DNA from: an uncultured Chthonomonadaceae bacterium
GTDB taxonomy: Bacteria > Armatimonadota > Chthonomonadetes > Chthonomonadales > Chthonomonadaceae
Direction of reading: 5' to 3'
Assembly: GCA_963835065.1 (NCBI GenBank)
Contig: CAWIEK010000002.1
Span: forward strand, 160,001-224,000
Length of the DNA: 64,000 nucleotides
Shown: positions 20,625 to 30,601 of the stretch, piece after piece
Numbering within the stretch: position 1 is the stretch's first letter
How the letters are laid out: every line of letters begins with the position of its first letter
Position numbers and translations under genes: made by a program
The notes under the pieces: generated by a model
Told to the model about the DNA's origin: nothing
The model's database searches: none
Seen by the model: only the letters and a program-made list of their open reading frames with translations

Positions 20625-20750
20625 AGGTAGACGGTAGACAGTAGACGGTAGACGGTAAATGGAAGATTGTGCTGTGATTTGCGAAGCGAATGAGCGCAAG
20701 GCAATGCAGAGCGTACCTTCCGTCTACCGTCTACCGTCTACTGTCTACCT
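20625..20750. repeat. inverted pair of heptamer arrays (GGTAGAC)n / (GTCTACC)n
   Basis: 20625-20657 versus 20720-20750; contains the ppx stop codon. Confidence 0.92.
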
Positions 20751-21864
20751 CCTGAAAACGATCATACACCAGCCCCCAGCGGAGGCCGCGCGTACTGATG
20801 GCGATAGACGGCGCGGAAAGACGCGCCATAGCGTGGGAAAGCAGAATCGCTCCCCCTAAAATAATATCGGCGCGGCGCGGGTCAAGGCCGGGAATTTGTT
20901 CGCGCTGCGCAACGGTGCTGGATGCCAGCAGTTCGATATGCCGGCCCAGTTGGTCGGCAGTCAGCAAATGGCCGTGCAGGGGTTCGGGGCCGTATTTGCC
21001 GCCCTGATCCATGGAGCCTAAATTGGTGACGGTTCCCCCCACGCCAACAAGGGCATACTCTTCCGAGGCCGCAAACGAAACGGCAGGCGACGGATTGGAA
21101 GACGCGCCGGTGTGAACCAACGCGCCGGTATTGGAAACATCGCCGCCATGAGCAGACCCAATGGACTCCTCATCTATGCGCTCGAAAGCTTTGAGGACAG
21201 CGGCGTTGGCGTCCTGCAATTGCTGCACGGTGGGCGGGTCGGAGCGTAAAAACTGCTCGGTCAGTTTCACGGCTCCATAGTTGACGCTGATGCGGGCGGC
21301 AATGTCGCTGCTGTGGAGGGTTCCCTGTATGATTTCCGTGCTGCCGCCGCCAATATCTATCACGCGCAGGAGCGGACGACTGCGCCAATGCGGGTCGCGC
21401 CGTACGGCAAGGTAGGACAGGCGGGCCTCTTCCTGACCAGGTATCACGTCAATGTTCAATCCCAATCGTTCCTGCGCGCGGGCAAGAAACTCGTCCCGAT
21501 TTTCCGCGTCCCGCAGAGCGGCGGTTCCCACAGCGGCAAACGCCTGCGCCTGATGTTCCCGGCCCGCAGCCACCAGTTCCGCCAGCGCGTCCAGCGTTCG
21601 GCGCATGGCGGCTTCGCGCAGTCGGTTGCCCTGCGCCTGCATCCCTTCGCCCAGTCGCGTGATAATCGTCTGCTCAAAAATTCGTTCCGCCCGCCCGTCC
21701 GCCAAATCCGCCACAATCATCTTCACCGAATTCGTGCCGACATCAATACCGGCATATAGTTGGGTGTTGGGTGTTGGGTGTTGGGTGTTGGGTAAGGATG
21801 AATCCTCTCCTTCTGTTCCCTGTTTCCTGTTCCCTGTTCCCTCACTTATTCCTTCCTCACTCAT
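20731..21864 (-). CDS. ppx: Ppx/GppA exopolyphosphatase catalytic (ASKHA) domain
   Basis: IDVGTNSVK, GTAALRDA, EEARL, DIGGGSTE, RADII, GLRWG; repeat-derived N-terminus. Confidence 0.93.
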   Translation of the reverse strand: MSEEGISEGTGNRKQGTEGEDSSLPNTQHPTPNTQLYAGIDVGTNSVKMIVADLADGRAERIFEQTIITRLGEGMQAQGNRLREAAMRRTLDALAELVAAGREHQAQAFAAVGTAALRDAENRDEFLARAQERLGLNIDVIPGQEEARLSYLAVRRDPHWRSRPLLRVIDIGGGSTEIIQGTLHSSDIAARISVNYGAVKLTEQFLRSDPPTVQQLQDANAAVLKAFERIDEESIGSAHGGDVSNTGALVHTGASSNPSPAVSFAASEEYALVGVGGTVTNLGSMDQGGKYGPEPLHGHLLTADQLGRHIELLASSTVAQREQIPGLDPRRADIILGGAILLSHAMARLSAPSIAISTRGLRWGLVYDRFQEVDSRR

Positions 21865-22763
21865 GCGCGTCCTCCGTGCTGCGAACGGGTTCTGCTTGCC
21901 CGCTCAGGGCGTACAAGCGGTCGCTGGCTTCGGCCACGTCTTCGGCCAGGCGGGCTTGCGTTTTGCGATCCAGTTCTGTTTGAGGCAGGGCTTCTCCCAG
22001 GGCTTCGCGCAAGCGGCGCAGGCGGCGGAGGGCGCGTTCCTGATCTTTTTCTCCCCCCTGCGCCAATGCCTGTTGCCAGGCGGGAACCCCGGCGGCAAAC
22101 CGTACCAGTTCGCGTAGCAGGCGGGCGCGAAAATCCGGCGCGAACCGACTGGTCAGCAGCAGAACAATCTCTTCCCGCGTAACTTGCAGTTCCAGCCGCC
22201 ACAACGGCAGGGCTTCCGGCACATTCAATTCACCTGCGGGCTGTTTCGCCTGAACTGTTGACAGGAAAGAGGAGTGCGCCTGCTCTGCAAAGATTTTCGT
22301 CGTGTTTCCATTTGACGCTTCTGCTGCAACGGTTTCAGTAAGGACCGGCTCCGGCAGAATCGGGCGCGTTTGCCAGGAACGTCTGGATATGCCGCGCCTT
22401 GATTTCGCTCATCCCCGGCACGGCCAGCAATTGTTCCAAACTCGCGCTTCGCAACAGCGCCAGGCTAGTCAGCCCCGCCTTTTCCAGCGCCCGAATCCGT
22501 ATCGGTCCCAGGCCGGGAATGTCGCGGGGAACGCGCGGCCCCGTTTCGAGCGACGGCGCGTTCAGGCTTAACGGCGCTGCCGGGCTTAACGGGCTTGACG
22601 GCGCGGGCAGGGGCGTTTGCGTCCTGTCTTTGCTTGCCTTGTCGCCCTTGCTGCCCCGGCTTGCCTGCTTTTTCCGGGGCGGCAACGCGGCGGCGGGCGG
22701 CGGCGATGTGTCCCGGTTCGCCGGGCGCGCGCGGGGTTTGCGGGGTTTGTCTGTCGGCGGCAT
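21857..22763 (-). CDS. helix-hairpin-helix domain protein (apparent +1 frameshift near 22363)
   Basis: GAGGAG-ATG at 22763; DIPGLGPIR and AVPGMSEIKA HhH motifs; removing one C from gcgcccgatt joins it to the 21857-22228 ORF. Confidence 0.7.
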
Positions 22764-23655
22764 CCGGCTCCTCATAGGTTGAAGGTTGAGGGTTGAGGGT
22801 TGGGGGGGCAGGCAAGGATGAAGGATGAAGGATGAAGGATGAATCCATTGCCGATTTTCGATTACCGATTGCCGATTGAATTCCTTCTGTTCCCTGTTCC
22901 CTGTTCCCTGTTCCCTGTCCTGCTGTCTTCTCTTCTCCTTTTCTTCCTTCAATTCCCTGATTGCGCGTAAGCAGGTGGCGCAGGTTTTCAAAGACTTGAT
23001 TGGCGCGTATCTGCTGCCATTCCTGCGTTAATTGGGCGTAGCGGGCGTCGCGTTCGGCGCGGAGTTGGGCGCACAGCGTGAGCAATCCATCGCAAGCGGC
23101 GTAATCCACCTGATGTACGCCCACGATAGGAAGCGCTTTGGCCGATTTGCCGGACTTGTCGGACTTATGGACATGAGCCGTCTTATCGGCGTTGGCAGGC
23201 TTGCCGGATTTAGCGGAATGGGCATTATACGCGGCGCTTTTTGTTTTGCTTTGCTCACTTTTGACTTCGTTCATGCCCGCTTGTTCGGCGGCGGTTGGCA
23301 GGCCATACCCATTTTTGACAAGGCGGCCCAAATGTTGCAATATCTCTGGAACCAACACGTCGGCGTCATGCAGGACGCCAAGATGCTCCTGCAAATCCTT
23401 GACCACTTGCAAAGCCGCGCCGAACTCCGCTCCGGCATCGGTGTACCGCGTGTAAACCGGCTGAAATACTTCCATTGTATAACGCAGGCGCTTGCCCGCG
23501 ATTCGCATCTCATGAAGTTTGTACACATTGTCGGGATTGGACAGGCAGGATTCGTAAGACAGCAATTCGTCCACGCGCTGTGTAATCAACTCGGCGGCAT
23601 TGATGAGAATAGGACGACGCGGATTGACTTTTGGAGGTGACTTTGCTTTTGCCAT
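22465..23655 (-). CDS. CHAD-domain protein (3' end uncertain, runs through a repeat cassette)
   Basis: LHEMRIAGKRLRY, LQEHLGVLHDADV. Confidence 0.88.
   Translation of the reverse strand: MAKAKSPPKVNPRRPILINAAELITQRVDELLSYESCLSNPDNVYKLHEMRIAGKRLRYTMEVFQPVYTRYTDAGAEFGAALQVVKDLQEHLGVLHDADVLVPEILQHLGRLVKNGYGLPTAAEQAGMNEVKSEQSKTKSAAYNAHSAKSGKPANADKTAHVHKSDKSGKSAKALPIVGVHQVDYAACDGLLTLCAQLRAERDARYAQLTQEWQQIRANQVFENLRHLLTRNQGIEGRKGEEKTAGQGTGNREQGTEGIQSAIGNRKSAMDSSFILHPSSLPAPPTLNPQPSTYEEPDAADRQTPQTPRAPGEPGHIAAARRRVAAPEKAGKPGQQGRQGKQRQDANAPARAVKPVKPGSAVKPERAVARNGAARSPRHSRPGTDTDSGAGKGGAD
22777..22950. repeat. composite cassette of five different short tandem arrays
   Basis: (GGTTGAG)n, (GGATGAA)n, (CCGATTG)n, (CTGTTCC)n, (TTCTCCTT)-like. 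Confidence 0.95.
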
Positions 23656-24254
23656 TACGTTGCCTTCCTCTTTGTCCCGGACGCGCTTACATCGTGTTCC
23701 ACAGGCTGTTCCATTGTGGAAGCGGACGGGGTGGGGATTTGCGCCGGCAGTTCTATGGTTGCCGCCTTGAACCCCTGTTTGTCGGCCAGATGGCGCAGGT
23801 GTGCCTTGAGATCGCGTTTTTCCAGATGCTTTACCGAAGTCGTTACTGCCTGCTGCCGGTCGGCGCGCTGCGCGTGAAGGTAATCCATAAAACTTTCCAC
23901 GCCGCCGCGCTGCTCTGCGGGCAGGCTTTCCATGCGACTTTGCAGCGTTTCCAGCATTACGTCCAGGTCGCGCGCCGCGCCTAATGCGCGCGTCACAATT
24001 TTGACTTCCTGAACAATGTGGGCGTAGGCACTGGCAGCCTCGCCGTCTTCAAAGCATACGCTGAACACATCCAGCGCGGCGCGCGAACGCCGGGACCAGA
24101 CGCGCATCTGATGAATGGGGCGCGTTTCCCTGCCGCCTGCCGCGCCTTCCGTATGCGCCAGCATTTTGTCCAGGCGCTCGGCCAGGACTCCCACGCCATA
24201 ATCGCAAAAGTCCGGCGGACCGACACCCTTCCGCTTGGTAGATTTACGCGCCAT
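23655..24254 (-). CDS. CHAD-domain protein
   Basis: IHQMRVWSRRSRAAL, LGAARDLDV. Confidence 0.88.
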   Translation of the reverse strand: MARKSTKRKGVGPPDFCDYGVGVLAERLDKMLAHTEGAAGGRETRPIHQMRVWSRRSRAALDVFSVCFEDGEAASAYAHIVQEVKIVTRALGAARDLDVMLETLQSRMESLPAEQRGGVESFMDYLHAQRADRQQAVTTSVKHLEKRDLKAHLRHLADKQGFKAATIELPAQIPTPSASTMEQPVEHDVSASGTKRKAT

Positions 24255-24402
24255 AGTAATTGCTCACCGATTCCCTTCCACAGAAGCAAACCGCTCTAAA
24301 ACTGAACGCCGACGAGAAAGCGCGGCATGACCGCAGCCAATGCTGTTCTTCATCCCTATTCGCGTTTATTCATGTTCATTCGCGGCTATTCTAAACAAAC
24401 GC

Positions 24403-25059
24403 TTACTCGGCAAAGATGTCGCGCAGATCGTGTTCCCGATCCGCGCCTACCAGGGCAATCACGCTGTCGCCAATCTCAAAACGGGTGTCCGCAGCCGGCA
24501 GAATGGCGTGGTCGTTGCGAATCACGCTGATAATCAGGGCTTCGGCGGGCAGTTTTAGCGCGCGTATTTCCTGCTCCACAACGGGCGACCTGGGGCCGAT
24601 TTCCACTTCCACGATCTCGATGTTGCCCCGGTTCAAAGCGGCCAGGGGAATCACTTCGCCGCCGCCCACTTCCTGCTCAATGAGATTGTAAATGATTTTG
24701 GTGGAACTGACTGTCGCGTCTATGCCCAATTTGTGAAACAGCGCTTCGTTGCGCGGGTCGTTGACGCGGGAAATGGTGCGCGGAACATTGTGTTCCATTT
24801 TCGCCATCTGGCAAACAACCAGATTGTCGTCGTCGCTGCCCGTTGCCGCCACAACCGCATCCGCGCGCCCGAAGCCCGCCTGATTCTGCTGCGCCACTTC
24901 GCACCCGTCGCCCTGCATCACCACTTCGCCCAATTCTTCCGAAATGGTGCGGTAGCGCGTCCGGTCTTTTTCCATTAACAAAACTTCATGCCGGGCGGAT
25001 ACCAGCGTCTTCGCCAGATAATAGCCGATGTTGCCCCCGCCTACGATGATGATGTACAT
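24403..25059 (-). CDS. trkA: TrkA-family potassium uptake protein (RCK N+C)
   Basis: IIIVGGGNIG, ATGSDDDNL, C-terminal TrkA_C. Confidence 0.93.
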   Translation of the reverse strand: MYIIIVGGGNIGYYLAKTLVSARHEVLLMEKDRTRYRTISEELGEVVMQGDGCEVAQQNQAGFGRADAVVAATGSDDDNLVVCQMAKMEHNVPRTISRVNDPRNEALFHKLGIDATVSSTKIIYNLIEQEVGGGEVIPLAALNRGNIEIVEVEIGPRSPVVEQEIRALKLPAEALIISVIRNDHAILPAADTRFEIGDSVIALVGADREHDLRDIFAE

Positions 25060-25072
25060 GATGCAATCCTTT

Positions 25073-25195
25073 GGGTAGACGGTAGACGGTAGACGGTAGA
25101 ATCCCGTCCTTGCAGTTGGTTCCTGTGGCGCAAGTTTTTAGTAAATGGGTATTGCTACCGTCTACCGTCTACCGTCTACCGTCTACCGTCTACCT
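25073..25195. repeat. inverted pair of heptamer arrays (GGTAGAC)n / (GTCTACC)n
   Basis: same motif as 20625-20750, between the two trkA genes. Confidence 0.93.
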
Positions 25196-25197
25196 CC

Positions 25198-25650
25198 TCA
25201 AACATTCGCCGTCAGATATTCCTGCGAGTAGTCTTTGGCAAGTCCCCATTCGCCGTTGGTCACGAAGTCGCGCATCAGGCCGGTGGCGATGGTGGTGGTG
25301 CAAAGCGTGGTGATGCCCAACTGACGGTAGCGGTCGGCGCGGACGGGGTCGTAAATACGCGCAATGACTGTTTTGACCTGAAATACATGCTGCGCGATCT
25401 GCGCCGCCATGATATTGCGGTTATCGCCTTGCGACACGGCGATGAAAACGTTTGCGTTTTCAATGCCTGCTCGCCTCAACACATCTTCATCAATACCGTT
25501 GCCGACGATGCGATTGCCCCGGAATTTGGTTCCCAAACGCCGAAACGATTCACTCTGCAAATCTATGATGGTAACGTTATGGCCTTCGCGGTGCATCAGG
25601 CGCGCAAACGTGGAGCCGACGCGCCCGCAGCCCAGAATGACAATGTTCAT
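25198..25650 (-). CDS. trkA: TrkA-family RCK N-terminal domain protein
   Basis: MNIVILGCGRVG, GDNRNIMAAQ; GAGGA RBS. Confidence 0.92.
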   Translation of the reverse strand: MNIVILGCGRVGSTFARLMHREGHNVTIIDLQSESFRRLGTKFRGNRIVGNGIDEDVLRRAGIENANVFIAVSQGDNRNIMAAQIAQHVFQVKTVIARIYDPVRADRYRQLGITTLCTTTIATGLMRDFVTNGEWGLAKDYSQEYLTANV

Positions 25651-26048
25651 GGTTTCGTCCTCTCGTTTCACTTCAGGCGGAAACAGCGACGCCCGCTTGA
25701 AGATGCTTTCTAGTATACACCAAACGGCGCATAACGATAATGCCCGCGAAGTATGGTTGTATACCCCACGCAAACCGAACTTTCCTGCTTTTTCGCGCTT
25801 TTCTGATTTCAATTGGGTAAAATACGGGTGGCGAAGCGATTGTATCCGTTATCCATGCCGGATGTTCGTCTCGGAAAAGGCTTGTCTTGCGGTCAAAACA
25901 ATGGTAAATCTGTTCAGACAAGCGCCATTGCAAGCGAGGAAGATGCAGAGAAGCGTTTGTTACGCCGATACTCAACTACCGGAAACATGAACCCTAAAAC
26001 CCTAAAACCTTAACTACCTGAAACCCTGAATTCACGAGAGGAACGCTT

Positions 26049-26618
26049 GTGCGCAACCCGAAGAACCATCCCCACCTGCTTCACGCCGATAGCGCCGTAC
26101 TGGTTGTCGTAGATATGCAGGAGCCGTTTTTACGCGGCATTTATGAACAGCAGCGCGTCGTGGACAATGTTCGCGCCTTGATGCAGGGCGCGAATGTGCT
26201 GCGCGTACCCATCATCGGAACCACGCAATATGCCGAGAAAATGGGAGACGTGATTGAACCCGTACGGAGCCTGCTGCCGACGCAATTGCCGCCCTTCGAC
26301 AAACTGACGTTCAGCGGCATGGGATCGCCCGCGTTTGCGTCCGAACTGAGGCGCGCGGGGCGTCGGCAAGTGCTGCTGTGCGGCGTGGAGGCGCATATCT
26401 GTATCAGCCAGACCGCCCACGACATGCAGGCGGCAGACTATCAAGTCCATGTCGTTACGGATGCCACCTCCTCGCGCTCGGAAGCCAACTGGCGATTAGG
26501 GCTGGAAAAAATGCGCGCGGGTCGCATCCTGCTCACGTCCGTCGAAATGGCGCTTTACGAATTGCTGCACGAGGCCGGTACGCAGGATTTCCGCGACATA
26601 CTAAAAATCGTTAAGTAA
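26049..26618 (+). CDS. isochorismatase-family hydrolase
   Basis: VVDMQE, KLTFS, GVEAHICISQT, DATSSR. Confidence 0.93.
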   Translation: MRNPKNHPHLLHADSAVLVVVDMQEPFLRGIYEQQRVVDNVRALMQGANVLRVPIIGTTQYAEKMGDVIEPVRSLLPTQLPPFDKLTFSGMGSPAFASELRRAGRRQVLLCGVEAHICISQTAHDMQAADYQVHVVTDATSSRSEANWRLGLEKMRAGRILLTSVEMALYELLHEAGTQDFRDILKIVK

Positions 26619-26720
26619 TCGTCCGTTGGCTCAGGCATTTCATTCATAGGGATTAAGCCTGAGCCGGTAAATACGTACAAAAGCCACCTTCAACCGGCGA
26701 GCCAGGTAGATACAGGGTTC

Positions 26721-26993
26721 TCAGTGCAAAAAGTCGCCTTTGGGCCGATCCTTTGGCGGCGGTGGCGGTGGTGGTGCGCCTTCTTCCAGATCATCGAGGG
26801 GCATCGTGTCCAGCAAGTAGGTGACAAGGGCATCCTCCGCAACCTCTTTTTTGGAGGTCAGCCGCAGCAGTTCCAGCGCGCGGGGGTCATCTTCCGCACC
26901 GAACAATTCGCGCAGCAACCCCATCAGATTGTCGCTCGCCTGGCGAAGCGAATCCTCCAGGCGCTCCAACTCCTTATCCATGTGTCTTCCCAT
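26721..26993 (-). CDS. hypothetical protein
   Basis: acidic helical ORF with a poly-Pro tail, convergent with isochorismatase across a hairpin (26628-26665). Confidence 0.6.
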   Translation of the reverse strand: MGRHMDKELERLEDSLRQASDNLMGLLRELFGAEDDPRALELLRLTSKKEVAEDALVTYLLDTMPLDDLEEGAPPPPPPPKDRPKGDFLH

Positions 26994-27431
26994 AATGATA
27001 TGTCGCTGTAAAATCTAAAAAGCCAGAAGGCCGCGTATAGAGTAATTAGGTGTGAAATCTTTCTGCTATAAGAAGGCGTAGAGTATCAAAGGGCGTAGGA
27101 TGATTTGTATCGGCGGTTTAGACTGCATATCCACCTGATTTTTTACGGCGAATTCTTCTATCCGTTCCTTTACTGTTTACGCGGCAATAAGTTCCTAAAA
27201 TCTGCCGTTTCTCCACGCATCTGTCATTCTTCTCAGCCTCCATCTGTCATAAATGTGTTGTTTCTATGGGACTTCACCCCGTCCTGACGTGTGACGCCTT
27301 GCTGTCTGAGCGCGTATAGAAATTCAGGATGAAGAGAGAAGATATTAGGCATCAGGCAAGAAGACAGAAGACAGAAGACAGAAGCCCAACACCCGACACC
27401 CGACACCCTTTTTCATATCAGGATAACGAAC

Positions 27432-28301
27432 GTGGCAACTTACGGCAGCAAAAAAGACGTGGATGTGGAAGCGGATTTGCATGGCCTGACGGCGGAGCAG
27501 ATGCGCGTGACCCTGCAGCAGCAATGGCCGAAATGGCAAGGCAAGCAGGCGGTGCGGATTATACACGGGCAGGGAACCGTTTTGCGGCCCGAAGTGGAGC
27601 GGTGGTGCCGGGAAATGGGAATTCCTGTTTCCATTGATCCGGGCAATCCGGGCGCGCTGAAAATTTACCCGCGCGAGCGCCATGCGCCGGGCAGCCAGTC
27701 CCCCATCACTTTTGGAACCAGCCTGCGCGACAAGGGCTTGCGCCTGACGCCCGAACAGGAAGCGCAATTGCGCGACCCGCAGGCAATGGAACGGCTTCGG
27801 CGCGCAGAGCAGCAAAAGCGCGAAGCCGAAATCCGCAAAAAGCGCGAGGACGAGGCCACCCGCCGCGCGCAGCAAAAGCGCGACGAAGATTTGTGGCAGA
27901 TGGAAATGGCGCGGCTGGACAAGATGGAACAGAAGCGTTCGGGCGCATTGCCCGAAGACACCAAACCCACTGCGCCCAGGATCGTGCCCCCCTCCGTGAT
28001 GAAAGCGCAGGAAGGCTTGTGGCGCGGCGAACTCGTGCGGGTGGCCGACACGGACGAGGACACGCTCACCACGCAAAAGCGCACGGGATTGGACAAACTC
28101 GCGCCGCCTATGCCGGAAAGTAGGGAACAGGGAACAGGGAACAGGGAACAGGAAGCCGCGCAGCAGCGCGCGCTTACGCCGCTGGAAAAAGCGCGGCTGC
28201 GGCAGCCCAAACGTGACAATGAGGCGGATCAAGATTTGTTCGAGGCGGAATTGGAGCGGTTGTTCGATCCCGATGCCGCCGATTTCCGCCGCCGAACCTG
28301 A
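27432..28301 (+). CDS. Smr-domain protein with coiled-coil tail
   Basis: DLHGLT...RIIHGQG.VLR...GNPGAL; in-frame (GGAACAG)n insert SREQGTGNREQE. Confidence 0.85.
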   Translation: MATYGSKKDVDVEADLHGLTAEQMRVTLQQQWPKWQGKQAVRIIHGQGTVLRPEVERWCREMGIPVSIDPGNPGALKIYPRERHAPGSQSPITFGTSLRDKGLRLTPEQEAQLRDPQAMERLRRAEQQKREAEIRKKREDEATRRAQQKRDEDLWQMEMARLDKMEQKRSGALPEDTKPTAPRIVPPSVMKAQEGLWRGELVRVADTDEDTLTTQKRTGLDKLAPPMPESREQGTGNREQEAAQQRALTPLEKARLRQPKRDNEADQDLFEAELERLFDPDAADFRRRT

Positions 28302-28392
28302 ACATAAAGAAAAACCTCAAGGAGAGATAAGAACCGCCAAACACGCGAACTAAACGAAAAAGACAAAAGAAGAACACGATAAGGCGGACGGA

Positions 28393-28957
28393 TTGCAACC
28401 AGAAGACTTACCCGGCACAGACCCGAACACGTTGCCCTACTTCATCACCGAAGCGCAAACGGGACCGCAGAGTTCCCGCGCGCTTTGAGCCGCTGACACT
28501 ACAGGACACAGCGGAACTTAACAACGAGGATTGGGAAAACGCCGTGTTCAAACATGTCTGGCCGCAATTATTAACGGATGAGAACACGTTCAAGTTGGTA
28601 CGTGTGTCTTCGACAGACACGCGCATTCAAGGAGTGGCACACGTCGGCAGCGTACTATGGGCGGGAGGATTGCTCGAAAAGAGCCTGCTGGAAGCTGCGC
28701 CGTTCAACTTGCGCGGTCAGCCCATGCAGGCATACCGGGGCGCAGGCCGGACGCTTGTGGCGCGTCTGGTTGTTGAAAGCATCCTGCAAGGCGGGCAGGG
28801 CAGAGTAGGCGTTGTTCCTCGCCCCGGCTCAGAAGCATTTTATCAAAAGCTTGGGTTTCAGCCCGGTAAAATATTTCGGTTGAGTTCGACAAATGCGCAG
28901 GCGCTGCTGCAAACGGCGTTATTGCCGGCGATGGGAACGCAGGAGGAGACAGAATGA
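28393..28957 (+). CDS. GNAT-like acetyltransferase, array unit 1 (apparent +1 frameshift near 28465)
   Basis: paralog of 30602-31156; LLEAAPFN, YRGAGRTLVARL, GSEAFYQKLGF; extra C in gggaccgcag. Confidence 0.8.
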
Positions 28958-29208
28958 ACACCCCGGAACAACAAATGCGAACCGAACGCGCGCTTCAGCA
29001 GGCGCGTGACCTGATACGGCAGGAGTGGCTTGCGGCAGGCAAAACGAAAGCACAATTAGACCAAGAGGAACAACTTCTCGCGCTTTATAGCCGCCTGCTG
29101 AGTTCAGGACGTTCCGAGGATGAGGTTGATGCCGAATGGGAACACAAAACGCCGGAAGAAATCCTGCGCGAGTACGCCCCGCTCGTTCCTGTGCTGCACA
29201 GCGCGTAA
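28954..29208 (+). CDS. small helical partner protein, array unit 1
   Basis: ATGA overlap with the GNAT stop, GGAGGAG RBS; W.A.G.T..LD...SGRS.....EWEHKTPEEILREYA. Confidence 0.85.
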   Translation: MNTPEQQMRTERALQQARDLIRQEWLAAGKTKAQLDQEEQLLALYSRLLSSGRSEDEVDAEWEHKTPEEILREYAPLVPVLHSA

Positions 29209-29241
29209 GAACAAACTACGCTCGGCTACAAGGTGAACGGA

Positions 29242-29815
29242 TTGCAACCAGAAGACTTGCCCGGTACTGAACCCGAACACACTGCCTTATCTCGTTACGG
29301 AAGTGCAGACACAGCGTGTTGTTCCTGTGCGCTTTGAAGCCTTGACACCGGCAGATACGCCTGAACTCAACAATGAGGATTGGGCGCAAGCGGTATTTGC
29401 TCCTGTCTGGCAGCACCTCGTCGGCGTAGAAGGTGTCTTCAAACTGGCGCGAGTAGATGCGCAGGACAAGCGCATCTAGGGATTAGTTCATTTAGGCCTG
29501 CTTGATGGCAGATTTCTCAGACAGAGTTTATTGGAAACGGCTCCTTTTAACCGCAATAGGGGCGTACTACGTGATTACAAAAGGGTTGGGCGCGTATTGG
29601 TGGCGCGTCTGGTAGTGGAAAGTGTCCTGTTGGGCGGGCAGGGTCGCGTAGCAGTGGAACCGCGAACAGGAACTGAAACATTCTATGAGGCGCTCGGTTT
29701 CGCGGCAACTTCTCCTGACAGCCGACATTATATCCTGAGTGCAGAACATGCTCGGAATTTACTGCAAACAGTCTGGCATAATCCAGAGGTGAATGGAGGT
29801 CACAATGAACAATGA
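29242..29815 (+). pseudogene. GNAT-like acetyltransferase, array unit 2, disrupted
   Basis: +1 frameshift near 29270 and in-frame TAG at 29477-29479 where the paralogs have Gln (RIQG). Confidence 0.75.
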
Positions 29816-30050
29816 AGAACAACAGATGAGAGCGGAACAAGCCCGACGCATGGCGAAGAAAATCATAGAGGATAGTTGGCTGGCAACGGGAGTAACGCAG
29901 CAGGAACTGGATCGAGACGAGCAAGTTATGCAGGTTTTCAGCCGCTTAGTAGCCTCTGGACGTTCCGAAGAGGACATTATTGTGGAGTGGAAGCATAAAT
30001 CAGCAGAGGAAATTCTGCGCGCGTACGCTATATTTGTACCTGCAAACTGA
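29805..30050 (+). CDS. small helical partner protein, array unit 2
   Basis: GGAGGT RBS; paralog of 28954-29208. Confidence 0.85.
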   Translation: MNNEEQQMRAEQARRMAKKIIEDSWLATGVTQQELDRDEQVMQVFSRLVASGRSEEDIIVEWKHKSAEEILRAYAIFVPAN

Positions 30051-30059
30051 TGCACCGCT

Positions 30060-30515
30060 ATGAATCAACTCAATTCTGAACAAAAGAAACTTCTTAAACG
30101 CCGGGGAGCCGATTTGAAGAAGTTTGTCGCTGATGCTTTCCCGTGCATTGGGGAGTTGCTTGCTCGTATCGGAGCCGATAATCAGTATAGTATCCAAGTT
30201 GATCTGGAACGGGTTTTGTCTGTTGTAGACACATGGTTTTCTGACTTTGAGTTTTCTGAACTTGATAGTCAGGATTTCGTATGGATCCAAACTCGCCTCA
30301 TGTAATTGATTGGAGAAGTTTTCATTATTCGTTATGGTGGACGATGGGAAGTGCAGTGGGATTCTGAAGCGGATTTCTTCGGACATTACATAATCAGCGT
30401 GTTTCAGAATGTGCTGCCCACTACCACGCTGCTCTCTCCCGCGTATGTTGCACTCAACTACATGCATGAGCCATTGGGACGCAGTTCTGTTTTTGAGAAT
30501 AGAACGAATACGTGA
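30060..30515 (+). pseudogene. AT-rich immunity-like gene interrupted by TAA at 30303-30305
   Basis: two ORFs in one frame read RLM*LIGEVFIIRYGGRW. Confidence 0.55.
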
Positions 30516-30601
30516 GCAGGCGATTTCAGAGGGAGTACAATTTAATTTTAAATATAAATGAAATTAAATAAACATAAGAACGACGCGACAAGGTGAACCG
30601 A

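Noticed and set aside
29477..30305. Stop-codon reassignment to explain the in-frame TAG and TAA
   Set aside because: TAG and TAA terminate many ordinary genes in this window; two isolated cases are better read as nonsense mutations or errors.
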